Positions 9,775 to 20,367 are shown, counted from the first letter of the stretch. The stretch is DNA of 64,000 nt from an uncultured Acidobacteriota bacterium (GCA_963827655.1 CAWHCF010000036.1:96001-160000), one strand, 5' to 3'. Notes: generated by a model from the sequence alone, not told the origin. Translations and numbers: made by a program.

Positions 9775-12108
9775 TCATTGCCTTCCCAATTCCGCCAGCC
9801 AGATGTTGCCGGTGATCTCGCCCATGCTAAAAACAAGCTGGTCGTGTGTTAGAGACATTCCAATGTTGCCCAGTCTGGGCAAGTTGAGCAACGAGCGACG
9901 GGCGCTGTGGATGTGATACACATCCGTGGCTGATCCGATCGGCCGCTTGGTCGCGACATCCAACGGCTGAGCCCAAACGCAGGTGAAGCCGTCACGGTCG
10001 GACAGATAGTAAAGAAGGTTACCGGCTGGCGACCAAAAGGGGTAGTAGTCGATCCCTGAACCGTCGCTCACATGAATCCAGTCGCGCTCTCCAGGCACCC
10101 CTTCTTGGCGGAGAGGCGCGAGGAACACGGGAGAGCGTCTCACATCAATGGGCACATGAAAAGCAATCCAACGCTCATCAGGTGAAATCTGACCTCGATT
10201 CAGGTCATACTGCGGGTGTTGAAGGACCAGCCGGCTCTTGCCAGAGGCGACGTTGAGCAAACCAAAACGAATTGGTTGACCCCAGTAGTGAAGGATCTCG
10301 GTTCCATTTGGCGACCAGCCCAACATATTTCCGCCGCTCTCGCAGATCTTCTGAGCTGGGCCCCCACTGGACGCCACTATGTAGAAGTCCTCTTTCCCAC
10401 TCTCGTTCGCCTGATAAGCCACTTTGGAGCCATCTGGGCTCAGAAGAACCCGTCCTTCTCTCAGCGGACCGTCGGTAAGAGCTATTTCCTTACCCGTCTT
10501 CAAGTCTTTGATCCAAACGTCCGTGTGCCCCGATCGGTTGGAATTGAACGCCAGTTTGTTTCCATCCGCTGAGAGAGAAGGATTGATATCAGCGGCTGCG
10601 CCCTCGACCAGAGGTCTTGGCTCGCCAAGAACCTTCCCCTTGTTAGCTTCAATGGGCAGACTCCAGACATCGCTGTTTGAAACCAAGCTGGCGAAAACCA
10701 GCAGCCCATTCGCCGTAAGAGAGGGGGCCACATCCAGGCCTGTCCCGAAGGTCAGCCGTTGGGGAGTGCCAATGAGTTGCCAGTTCTTGGGCGAAATACC
10801 CACCTGCCACAGATTACTGGTATCCCCTGATCCAGCAGGAAAGATGATGGTATGGCCCTTCTGGCCGGCCACCCAACTCTCCGGCGACAACTTCGACGAA
10901 AGACCGTGCTTGCGAAGTAAGCTGGACGCCCCTGTCGGTAGTGCCGCTCCGCCGTCCAATGGAGTTACCCACCAGTCATACGGAGGATTTTCGGTTGGAA
11001 CCAACGGTGGCCTCTCAGGCGAACCGACAAACAACAGGTGCCTTCCATCTGGAGACCAGACGGGCCGATCAGCATATGCGAATTCCGGCTGTAGTTGCCG
11101 GAGTGACCCGCCGTTGGAAGCGACAACATAGATCTTACCGTCTACGAGTCCGCTACCCTGGATACGAGATTTAAAGGCGATCTGCTGGCCATCCGGGGAA
11201 AACCGAGGGTATCTACCTTGGCTGACGATCAGTCTTTCATTGCCACCGATCGCCGAAATAACGTAGATCCCGCCTCCGTCTCGCTCCGAGCGAAATGCGA
11301 TTTTGGTACCGTCAGGCGAAAATGCGGGCTCATGGTCATCTGCCTGGTGACTTGTCAAGCGCACAGGCTCTCCACCGGCAACGTGTTTCACCCAGATGTC
11401 GAGGTTCCCCGCCCCACTACGGTCGGAAGCATAGGCCACCCGCTTACCGTCAGGCGAGAGTGCCGGCTGATAAGTCAGGCCGGTGTCCGATGTTAATCGT
11501 GTCAGAACAGGCAGTCGAGCTGTCGCCGGAGATCTGGTCAGCCATAGAGTAATGCCTATACCAGTCGCTAACAACAAGCCTCCAACTGCTATGGCCGTTC
11601 CAACGTGCTTCCGTCGGTAATTGCTTTGCGCAATCGGCGTTGTAGAAGCCGAACTTTCTGAGGGAGTTTCAAGCTGAGTTCTGGTCTGCAGCTCCTCGTG
11701 ATCCTTTTTCTGCCGGGCCAGAAAAGTGGGGACGTAGCTTCCCTTTGGGAAGTCTATCAATACGACGTCGTCCCGTCCTTCACTCTCGTAATAATCTTTG
11801 AGTTTAGAGCGAAGCCGGCGCGCCTCCACCCGCACGATCGTGTCGGTCCGCGGGTCAAAAGACGATGTTCTGTCAAACACCTCCATTCCAATAACCGACT
11901 CTTTAAGCTGATGTGCTCGACCGTGAAGAGACTGCTCAACCGCAAAACGCAAGAAACGGGTCATGCGGTCCGAGTGGATAAAGCCTTGGCTGGCGGAAAT
12001 CCTTTCGAGCTGGATCTGTATTGCTTCGATTGAGATCCCAGGCACGAGCTCTGAGCCAAGAGCATTCTTGCCCTGTTTGCTGTCGGTTGGCGGTAACCCG
12101 CGATTCAT
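9775..12108 (-). CDS. Membrane-anchored sensor-like protein: N-terminal cytoplasmic domain, TM helix, TolB/PD40 beta-propellers
   Basis: FDPRTDTIVRVEARRLRSKL...PKGSYVP; one TM; repeated SPDG blades; lower GC than flanks. Confidence 0.82.
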   Translation of the reverse strand: MNRGLPPTDSKQGKNALGSELVPGISIEAIQIQLERISASQGFIHSDRMTRFLRFAVEQSLHGRAHQLKESVIGMEVFDRTSSFDPRTDTIVRVEARRLRSKLKDYYESEGRDDVVLIDFPKGSYVPTFLARQKKDHEELQTRTQLETPSESSASTTPIAQSNYRRKHVGTAIAVGGLLLATGIGITLWLTRSPATARLPVLTRLTSDTGLTYQPALSPDGKRVAYASDRSGAGNLDIWVKHVAGGEPVRLTSHQADDHEPAFSPDGTKIAFRSERDGGGIYVISAIGGNERLIVSQGRYPRFSPDGQQIAFKSRIQGSGLVDGKIYVVASNGGSLRQLQPEFAYADRPVWSPDGRHLLFVGSPERPPLVPTENPPYDWWVTPLDGGAALPTGASSLLRKHGLSSKLSPESWVAGQKGHTIIFPAGSGDTSNLWQVGISPKNWQLIGTPQRLTFGTGLDVAPSLTANGLLVFASLVSNSDVWSLPIEANKGKVLGEPRPLVEGAAADINPSLSADGNKLAFNSNRSGHTDVWIKDLKTGKEIALTDGPLREGRVLLSPDGSKVAYQANESGKEDFYIVASSGGPAQKICESGGNMLGWSPNGTEILHYWGQPIRFGLLNVASGKSRLVLQHPQYDLNRGQISPDERWIAFHVPIDVRRSPVFLAPLRQEGVPGERDWIHVSDGSGIDYYPFWSPAGNLLYYLSDRDGFTCVWAQPLDVATKRPIGSATDVYHIHSARRSLLNLPRLGNIGMSLTHDQLVFSMGEITGNIWLAELGRQ

Positions 12109-12317
12109 TGCTTCTTTCTAACTTACCAAGTACTGGATTGGAGAAGAGTATAGGCCACTTTCTAACCGACCGGCTAATGAATTTCTAAACCTGCCGTGCG
12201 GCGAAGGTCAGCAGTGCCTGGTAAAAGGGAGCGAAACGACGCGAGGCCGATGAATGGCTGAAAGGGCGGCAAGCACGCCGCAAGTTCCTGTTAGCCATTA
12301 GAATTAACGGATTGGAT

Positions 12318-12354
12318 GATGTGACTACACATCAAGCATGTGTATACTGACACA
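12318..12354 (+). promoter_or_regulatory. Putative antitoxin operator palindromes
   Basis: GATGTG-acta-CACATC at 12318-12333 and TGTG-tatactga-CACA upstream of the RHH gene. Confidence 0.5.
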
Positions 12355-12373
12355 GATCAAAGGAGAGACCACG

Positions 12374-12614
12374 ATGCACCAGCGGATTAATATCACGTTG
12401 CCGGAAAAAACTATCCGGCTGATTGATCGCGTGGCCCAAAACCGCAGCCGCTTTATTGACCAGGCGGTCAAGCGATTACATCCAAGAAATAGGTCGAAAC
12501 AAACTCAGACAGCAGCTCAAAGAAGAATCCATCCAGTGGGCTGAGCACGATCTGCGCATGGCCGAAGAATGGTTTCCACTGGATGAGGAAGCATGGCAGC
12601 GAAGCGAAAAATAG
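12374..12614 (+). pseudogene. RHH/CopG (MazE-type) antitoxin, frameshift near 12475
   Basis: MHQRINITLPEKTIRLID...RSRFIDQAV continues in another frame as YIQEIGRNKLRQQLKE...AEEWFPLDEEAW; RBS AAGGAG. Confidence 0.75.
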
Positions 12615-12640
12615 CCTATCCCAAACGGGGTACTCTCGTG

Positions 12641-14236
12641 ATGATTCGTGCATGCTCGGTCTTTGGACTCATACTCAGTCTCATCCTGGCGGCCCCGGCC
12701 CAGGAGTCCTTCGACGTGATCATCCGGGGCGGCAAGGTGATCGACGGAAGCGGGAATCCCTGGTTCCGGGCGGATGTCGGCGTTCGGGGAGATCGCGTCG
12801 CGCGCATCGGCGATCTCTCGAACTCCTCCGCAGCTCGGGTCATCGAGGCCAGGAACTACGCCGTCGCGCCCGGCTTTATCGATCCCCACACCCACGCGCT
12901 CAGCGGGATATTCGATGTGCCGACGGCTGATAATGCGCTGCTCCAGGGTGTCACGACCCTGACGGAAGGGAACGATGGATCATCCCCATTTCCGATCCGC
13001 GCCAATCTGGAGAAAATCGCGTCCACCCGGATCAGCGCCAACTGGGCACTGTACGTAGGACAGGGGACGCTGCGCCGGGAAGCCGTCGGGCTGGCAAATC
13101 GTGCTGCGACTCCTGAAGAGATCGCAAAGATGAGAACGATGGTGGCTCAGGCGATGGAGGAAGGAGCGTTCGGACTTTCGACCGGCCTGTTCTACATCCC
13201 CGGGAATTTCACAAAGACCGAGGAGGTGATCGAGCTGGCGAAAGTGGCCGCGCGCTACCACGGCATCTACATTTCACATATGCGCAACGAGGCCGACGGA
13301 CTGCTTGATTCCGTGCGTGAGACGATTCGAATCGGCGAGGAAGCCGGTCTGCCGGTTCAGATGACGCATCACAAAGTCATTGGCAGCAAAATGTGGGGGA
13401 AGAGCGCCGACAGCCTCCGGTTTGTCGACGAAGCGCGGGCGCGCGGGATCGACATCACCATGGACCAGTATCCCTACACGGCTTCTCAAACGTCGCTCAC
13501 TGCGCTATTGCCCCAATCCTATCAGGAGGGAGGACAGCAGGAAATCGTGAAGCGGCTGCGCGATCCGGCGATGCGCGCGAAGATCAAGCAGGGTATCGTC
13601 GCGAACATACTCTATGACCGCGGCGGCGGCGATGCGAAGAACATCTATATCGGGGTGTGCTCGTGGGACCGCTCCTTCGAAGGAAAGAACCTCGCGGAGA
13701 TTGCCCGGCAGCGTGGCCTGCCTCCTACGCCGGAGAATGCCGCGGAGGTTGCCATGGATATTATTGAAAAGGGCGGCGCGCGTGCCATTTATCACGCAAT
13801 GTCAGAAGCGGATGTCGAGCGGATCATGCGACATCCGATGACGGCCGTCGGCTCGGACGGCGGCATTTCGATTTTCGGGCAGGGCGTTCCGCATCCGCGC
13901 GAATACGGCACCTTCGCGCGCGTCCTCGGACGCTACGTGCGCGAGAAGAAGACGATTCCGCTCGAAGAGGCGGTTCGCAAAATGTCGAACGCGACCGCGC
14001 AGCGGCTCGGCATCGCCGACCGCGGATTGCTGCGCGCCGGGTTCTTCGCCGATATTGCGGTGTTCGATCCCGAACGCGTGACCGACAACGCGACTTTCGA
14101 AAAGCCTCACCAGTACGCCACCGGCGTCGATTACGTGCTCGTCAATGGCGAGATCGTCGTGGAGCGCGGAAAACACACGGGCGCGCGGCCGGGAAGAGTC
14201 CTGTATGGTCCCGGGTACCAGAAGCGGTCGCAGTGA
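12641..14236 (+). CDS. D-aminoacylase / N-acyl-D-amino-acid deacylase (amidohydrolase), secreted
   Basis: Signal peptide from ATG 12641; PGFIDPHTH, GLSTGLFY, SHMRNE, PHPREYGTFAR. Confidence 0.88.
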   Translation: MIRACSVFGLILSLILAAPAQESFDVIIRGGKVIDGSGNPWFRADVGVRGDRVARIGDLSNSSAARVIEARNYAVAPGFIDPHTHALSGIFDVPTADNALLQGVTTLTEGNDGSSPFPIRANLEKIASTRISANWALYVGQGTLRREAVGLANRAATPEEIAKMRTMVAQAMEEGAFGLSTGLFYIPGNFTKTEEVIELAKVAARYHGIYISHMRNEADGLLDSVRETIRIGEEAGLPVQMTHHKVIGSKMWGKSADSLRFVDEARARGIDITMDQYPYTASQTSLTALLPQSYQEGGQQEIVKRLRDPAMRAKIKQGIVANILYDRGGGDAKNIYIGVCSWDRSFEGKNLAEIARQRGLPPTPENAAEVAMDIIEKGGARAIYHAMSEADVERIMRHPMTAVGSDGGISIFGQGVPHPREYGTFARVLGRYVREKKTIPLEEAVRKMSNATAQRLGIADRGLLRAGFFADIAVFDPERVTDNATFEKPHQYATGVDYVLVNGEIVVERGKHTGARPGRVLYGPGYQKRSQ

Positions 14237-14597
14237 TGGCTTCACCCTTACTCCCGCGACAGACTCCGAAAGGAATAGCGCTCGTAGAACCTCAATGGCA
14301 CTGCAATGCTCGTTCCCGTGTCGTGCGTGCTTACGAGTGCCTCGCAATCACGCCAAGCTTGTTTATGAATCAGTTGACGCCTGACAAGACCTGACCGATC
14401 GCTAGACGCTGCCGTTGCGCGAGATTAGGACGTACGTTAAGGCGCAGTGCCGACGGTTGCGACACAGAGGTGACGCCGGTCGCTGGACCTCAGTAGGCGG
14501 GCATCTCGAAGACCAGGCCCCTGAAGGTACGGGCTTCGCACGCACGTGGCCTATCGGCCGCTGGTGCATCAACGTGCCGACCACACACGCCTGACGA

Positions 14598-14835
14598 TCA
14601 AGACACTGAACCGTTCGCCTTCGAAGACGACCTGGCTGAAGGCATTGGAACGTGAGGCTCGGCGGACGAACCGTCATCCAAAGGCCGCATCGTGCAGCGA
14701 CGCGCTGAAGGACTCACCTGGGCAAGGGACGCACGGAGCGCGCTCGAGGCGCTCAAGAAATACGCGGGCATCATCGAGGGTCCGACGGATCTTTCGACTC
14801 AACAAGAAGTACCTCGCTGGCCTCGGCGACAGCTT
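14598..14835 (+). pseudogene. Degenerate CopG-like antitoxin with no toxin
   Basis: Pieces in different frames: KTL.., ALEREARRTN, ALEALKKYAGIIEGPTDLST, NKKYLAGLG. Confidence 0.55.
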
Positions 14836-14889
14836 GTCGCAAGCTTTAAGGATGAAAGCGGCCATCCGGTGAGGAGGTTGTACGGCGGT

Positions 14890-15382
14890 TCACTGGTCCA
14901 GCAGTAACTCGTCAGCGGTCCAGTAGTCCGTGCGATTCCGGGTCGCGTCGCGGACGCGGCGCACGCCGGCTGGCGCAATCGGCTCTGTTCGACCGCCCCA
15001 GCTCCCGCGAACGAACGACACGACGGCAGCGATATCCTCGTCCGTCAAGACCTTCCCGAATCCGGGCATCTCCAGGTTGTAGGTCTTTCCGTTCACTTCG
15101 ACCTTTCCCCTCATGCCGTGCAGCACGATCTTGATCAGGCGCGTCTCAGGCCCCCTCACCCAGGGGGAGCCCTGGAGCGGCGGAGGCCCCCCTTCCGTGC
15201 CCCTGCCGTCGCGCTCGTGGCACGATGCACACTGGGCTTCGAACTGGACACTTCCTCGCTCCGCTATCCCCCGTTTGCGTGGCGGAGCTGGACACAGTCT
15301 GAGCCAGGACGGCAGCCGTCAGAGCAAGAACAAGCGCCGGCGCCAGAAATGTCAGCTTTCTCCTGATTCGAGGGCATGCCAT
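14890..15382 (-). CDS. Monoheme cytochrome c, frameshift near 15285
   Basis: Signal peptide; CASCH lies in frame with GSPWVRGPETRLIKIVLHG...MPGFG...IAAVVSFVR. Confidence 0.8.
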
Positions 15383-15384
15383 CA

Positions 15385-15518
15385 GTGTCTTAGTGTTTCT
15401 TAGGCGCTTAGCGAGACGTTCAAACCAATATGTTGTCGTTCATAAGTGGCCTTCGTTCGGGCGAAGTGCCCGAAGTACCTTAGTGTCTTCGTGTCCTGGT
15501 GGTATTTGTTTCGCATCC
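15385..15518. repeat. REP arm and spacer S2 with nested element B (copy 2)
   Basis: cttagtgtttc-TTAG(15400)-76 bp-TTAG(15480)-tgtcttcgtgtcctggtggtatttgtttcgc. Confidence 0.88.
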
Positions 15519-15556
15519 AACAAGCAGAGAACCTGGTCGAACGATCCGTCCTGGCA

Positions 15557-16102
15557 TCACCGCGAAGGGACTTTCAGAAGCGCCTCGATTTTTGACTCGA
15601 TGGCGGCGGCTTCATCCGGCGTGTATGTGCCACCCGGGTGGATGTAGCGAATGATCCCGCTCTGGTCCAGGAGGAAGCTGACCGAAGTGAAGCGGCGGTC
15701 GTGACCGTCCAGCCACCAGCGCCTGAGAGTGCGCCAATCGGTATCGATGGCGACGGGAAAGTGGAATCCGAACCGCCTGGCGAGATCGGAGACGTGCTGG
15801 CGCGTAAGAGGCTTTCGCGATTTGTGATGGTAAAAGCCGACAACGACCAGGCCCTTTCGGTTGTACCGGGAATGCCATGCGTTCAGGTAGGGAGCCGATG
15901 ACCCGCAGTAGGGGCACTCGGGACCCGTCCACCAGCGCAGGAGTACGACGCGTCCCCGCAGCCCATCAAGCGTCAGCGGCCCGCTCTGGATCCATTCGGC
16001 GTTGTCCCATCCGGGCGCCGCCTTCCCGAGCAATTCCGATCCCTCCAAGCCCGGCTCGAAACGCGACGAGAAGGGCCAGGGCGGCGTAATTTCCCAAGTC
16101 AT
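15557..16102 (-). CDS. TlpA/redoxin-family thiol-disulfide oxidoreductase
   Basis: LRGRVVLLRWW..CPYC; FPVAID; FLLDQSGIIRY. Confidence 0.8.
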   Translation of the reverse strand: MTWEITPPWPFSSRFEPGLEGSELLGKAAPGWDNAEWIQSGPLTLDGLRGRVVLLRWWTGPECPYCGSSAPYLNAWHSRYNRKGLVVVGFYHHKSRKPLTRQHVSDLARRFGFHFPVAIDTDWRTLRRWWLDGHDRRFTSVSFLLDQSGIIRYIHPGGTYTPDEAAAIESKIEALLKVPSR

Positions 16103-16298
16103 TCGATCCTCCCGGATCAGGATAGATGGCGCGGGAAGCCAGGCGCAACGTTAATGCACAGACGGTCAGGCCGCCCTCAGGAAGGGACAATTCGCGAAGT
16201 AAGCGCGGACCATCAGCCATTGGGCGCTCAGAGAAGTCGGCTTGCAAAGAAACTCGTGAGTTGCCCGATCGAATCAAGTTGACGCATGCTTCGACCAC

Positions 16299-17265
16299 TC
16301 AGGGTTGCCAGGCGAACTTCTGCACCCTTTTTCCTCGGATATCGCCGGCGTAAAGGTTTCCCTTCGAGTCCGGGGCGATCGCATGCACCCAGTTGCACTC
16401 GCCCGGCTTCTCCTGTCCGTCCGTGCCTTTGGGGACGACCCAGAGCTGGAGGAGCTTACCCGAGGGATTGAACTTCATGAAAACCTGGTCCTTGGGCGGG
16501 ATGCCTGTCATCCCCTGTTCGTTGGCCTCGCGCATCGGCGACGAATCCGCAAGTCCAGATCTCGTCCTGCGCCGTGATCCAGATGCTCCAGGGAACCAGG
16601 AGGTTCGTCCATTGAGCCAGGAACTTGCCGTTCCGGTCGAAAACCTGGATGCGAGCGTTGTTCCGGTCCGCCACGTAGAGCAGCCCCTTGGAATCGACTC
16701 CGATTCCATGCGGGAGATTGAACTCCCCCGGACCGCTTCCTTTTTTCCCCCAGGCCTTGACGAACTTTCCATTGCGGTCGAAATGAACGACGCGGTTGTT
16801 CCCGTACCCGTCGGAAACGAAGATGTCGCCCTCCGGAGTGATGGCCATATCGGTGGGCCGGTCAAAACGCCGCTCGTCCTGGCCGGCATTCTTCGGCGTC
16901 CCCAGACTCAAGACAAGCTTGCCGTCAGGCGTGTACTTTCGCACGGTGTGAAGTCCTATGTCTGCGAGCCAGACGTTGCCCTGCGCATCGAACTTGATAT
17001 GGTGGGCGCTTCCGTATTCCATTTCCCTCCAGGCCTGGACGAACTTGCCGTCCGCCGCATAGATCTGCACAGCCGGCACGGCGCGGGTGAAAATCCAGAT
17101 GCGATCCTGACGATCCACCGCGACCCCCGGCATGTCTCCCCAGGCGACGTCCGCGGGCTTTTGGGGCCAGGCCGGGTCGACCTTGTAGCCGGGCAGGCGT
17201 GTCTGGGAGGAAGCGAACAAGGGGAAGAGCAGAAGCAGGGCGGCAAGTGCTCGTTGTCTGTCCAT
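16299..17265 (-). CDS. NHL-repeat protein (peptidylglycine-amidating lyase-like), frameshift near 16545
   Basis: FDRPTDMA, DGYGNNRV, FNLPHGI, VADRNNARIQVF; C-terminal part in ORF 16299-16889. Confidence 0.82.
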
Positions 17266-17324
17266 AGGGTCCTCACGAAGGTAGCCCATGTTAGCGAAAC
17301 ACCGCCGGCAAAATCCAGGCATTA

Positions 17325-17891
17325 TCACGCGCCGCCGCGCGGCGGGTGCGTCGGCAGAGAAGCATGAATCTGCGCCCACTCTCTGAGGGCCACGAATTGC
17401 CGGAGCATCTGTTCGTACGTGAAGTGCGCATTGCGCCCGCTGGGATTGGGGACCACAAACACGGAGATTCCTTCGATTGACTCGTCCTGCAGACCGCAGC
17501 GCAGAGCGCGGCGGGTCTGTATCATTTCGCGGAAGACCATCAGGCCCACGGCAGCAATTATCTGAGGGCGGTGCTTCCTGATTTTCCGCAGGAGAGCGCG
17601 GCGGCCGCGCGCGAAATCTTCAGGCCGAAGATCGCCGGCGCCGGCAGTCGGGCGGCTGACCAGGTTCGTGATCCCAAGGCCGTAATTGGGCAGGTCTTGG
17701 TCGTTCGCGAAGCCCGCGCCGCGTGGAAGGAAGCCGGCGCCGGACATCAGGCGCCAGAACTTGTTCGTGTGGCCCGCGAAGTGATGCCCCACCTCGGCCG
17801 AGCGCAATCCCGGATTCAGCCCGACGAACAGGATGCGGCAATCGTCAGGGATCCAGTCCGGCAGCCCAACTTCTTTGAGTCTTCGTGTCAC
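17325..17891 (-). CDS. mug: G/U mismatch-specific DNA glycosylase
   Basis: ILFVGLNPG, GHHFAGHTNKFW, GITNLVSRPT, PNPSGRNA. Confidence 0.9.
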   Translation of the reverse strand: MTRRLKEVGLPDWIPDDCRILFVGLNPGLRSAEVGHHFAGHTNKFWRLMSGAGFLPRGAGFANDQDLPNYGLGITNLVSRPTAGAGDLRPEDFARGRRALLRKIRKHRPQIIAAVGLMVFREMIQTRRALRCGLQDESIEGISVFVVPNPSGRNAHFTYEQMLRQFVALREWAQIHASLPTHPPRGGA

Positions 17892-17917
17892 CAGTCGGTA
17901 TTCTCTCTCTTAATTGG

Positions 17918-17987
17918 GATTCTTGGTGTTTCTTCGTGTCTTCGTGTCTTGGTGGTATTTGTTTCGCTGCGCTAACCACGAAGACGC
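17918..17987. repeat. REPIN-like repeat, spacer S2, right arm truncated
   Basis: gattcttggtgtttcttcgtgtcttcgtgtcttggtggt-atttgtttcgctgcgc-TAACCACGAAGACGC. Confidence 0.9.
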
Positions 17988-18043
17988 GCATAAAACGAAG
18001 TGGTACACTGCGCGCATATCGATCTTGAAGGAGGGCCCGCAAG

Positions 18044-20328
18044 GTGAAGCCAAGAACCGTCGCAGTGATCTGGATCACGATTGGAACAATACTGGTCGGA
18101 GCGCGCGCAGCCGAGACCCCCAGGAGCGTGCCTGGGCAGGCCGCGGCCCCGACGTCATGCAATGCGACCTCTCCGGGTATAAGGAAGCGCCCGGACTGAA
18201 GGCCGAAATGAGCAGCGGCGCGCTGCGCGTCACCTGGCAAGGCTCCCAGGGACAGGAGCTGCGTGTGATTTTCAGTCTGCTCAACGGCGCGCCGATCATC
18301 AGAGAGATGGCGGTCCGGCGGCAGGGCGCGCAGTGGGTCGTGCTGGGACGCGACCTCAGCCCCGAGTTTCATGTCACCGCCGGGCGGCGCCGCATTTCGG
18401 AGCAGCAGCTCGCACCGCTCCGCCAGCTGGGCCTGGACCGCGACCCGGAACTGCTCGAGCGTGAAAAGTGGAAGGTCTTCTGGGATGCGCCGCTCGTGAT
18501 TCCGGGGAGCAGCGGAACCAACCCCGGGCTTCCTCGCAGCCCGGAGGAAATCCGCCGTTCCGCAGCGACCTACAACTCGACCGGGTGCCAGGTGAAGACG
18601 GACGGCGCGCGGCTGGAAGTGACGTTCCCAGGACTCTCGATGGGAATCTTCTCGGGGCGCCTGCAGTTCAGCGTCTACAAGGGAACCAACCTGCTGCGCC
18701 AGGAGGCGATCGCAAAAACCGACGAACCCTCGATCGCTTATCACTACCGCGCCGGACTCAAAGGATTCCGGACCGACACGGCCAGGCGTGTCATCTGGCG
18801 GGACGTCGCGCGCGGCTGGCAGAAGTATGAGTTTGGCGGATCGCCCAATACCGACCCGGTGGCCCTCCGGGCCCGTAACCGACTGGCGATCGTCGAGACT
18901 GCCGGCGGCTCGGTCGCGGTGTTTCCCCCTTCTCACAAGTTCTTCTTCGGGCGCGAAATCGAGCTGAACCTGGGTTACGTCTGGTACCGCAAAGACGACG
19001 CCGGCTCGTTCTCGGTGGGCGTGCGCCAGGCCGATCGCGAGGAGATGTACCGCCCCTTCGGCTTCTCGGATGATCTGTGGCAGCGGCGGTCGCGGCAGGC
19101 GCGCAGCTTCGCGATGGGGAACTTTGCCCTCTACAACGCGCCTCCGGGGACCTGGCAACGAATGGCGGCTTACTACTATCTGAGTCCGGAGCCTGGTCCC
19201 GCCACCCAGGAAACGGTAATGCAGTTCACGCACGACGATCGGTACAAGTCGATCCCCGGCTTCCAGGTGGCTGTCAGCCACTTCCACACGCACTTCCACG
19301 AGCAGGTGCTGGACGCCGGAGGCATCGACTCCCAGCCGCCGTGGATCCCCACGTTTCGGGCGCTCGGAATCAACATCGCGATGATGTCCGATTTCCACGG
19401 CGATGGCCACCCGAAGGATCCAGGACCGCTGCGGCTCAAAGAGCAGAAGGCCTACTTCGATGCCTGCCGCCGCCACTCCGATCGGGAATTTCTGATCATG
19501 CCCGGCGAGGAGCCGAACGCCCACTTCGGCGGACACTACACGACAGTCTTTCCTCGTCCGGTGTACTGGACTCACGTCCGCCAATCGGGACAGCCGCTGG
19601 TCGAGAACCATTCCGAGTACGGCAAGGTGTACCACGTGGGGTCTCCCGCCGACGAACTGCAGATGCTGACGTCGGAGAATGGGCTGGTGTGGCAGGCTCA
19701 TCCCCGGACCAAGGGCTCGAGCGGCTATCCCGATGCGCTCCGGCAAACGGATCATTTCAAGAGCGATCGGTTCCTGGGCGGGGCATACCAGTCCCTCCCG
19801 GTCGATCTCTCCGAGAGCCGGCTTTGCGAGGTCCGCTGCCTGGGAACCCTGGACGACATGAATAACTGGGCAGGGCCGAAGTACCTGGTGGCCGAGGGCG
19901 ACACGTATGCCAAATTCCCGGACGACGACAGCTATCAACACCTGATGGTGAACTACATCAAGCTGGACCGGTTGCCCGCCTTCGACGAAGACTGGATGCC
20001 GATCGTGAAGTCGATGCGGGCCGGCGACTTCTTCGTCACGAGCGGCGAAGTGCTGTTCAAGAGCTTTGGCCTGGAAGGCTCGGGCGATCAGCGAACCATC
20101 GTGGCGGATCTGGAGTGGACGTTCCCGCTGGAATTCGTCGAGGTAGTCTGGGGCGATGGCCAGAAGACCGATCGCAAGATCATCCCGGCCACCGATCAGC
20201 CGCCGTTCGGCAGTCACCGCTTCCGAATTCCGTTCGACGCGGCCGGGAAGAAGTGGGTGCGGTTTGCGGCGTGGGATTCCGCCGGCAACGGCGCATTCTG
20301 GCAGCCGGTGCACTTGCGGCGTAGGTAA
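18044..20328 (+). CDS. Secreted protein with C-terminal PHP-like metallohydrolase domain; probable frameshift near 18146
   Basis: RBS AAGGAGG then GTG and a signal-like MKPRTVAVIWITIG; HFHTH, SDFH, GEE, AHP metal-ligand pattern. Confidence 0.72.
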
Positions 20329-20364
20329 CCACGAAGACGCCAGGACGCGAAGAAACACCAGGAA
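20326..20364. repeat. Lone REP right arm
   Basis: TAACCACGAAGACGCcaggacgcgaagaaacaccaggaa; its TAA is the stop of the upstream gene. Confidence 0.88.
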
Positions 20365-20367
20365 GGC

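Noticed and set aside
17914-18043. ORF N-terminal extensions such as VFLRVFVSWW or HQDTKTRR (also at 29729, 33133, 46910, 59010)
   Set aside because: These are translations of the repeat; better starts with an RBS lie downstream.
17845-20358. 837-aa minus-strand ORF and other long antisense ORFs (e.g. 53281-54867, 60605-61798, 31842-32975)
   Set aside because: Shadow ORFs of real genes in high-GC DNA, with no recognisable motifs.
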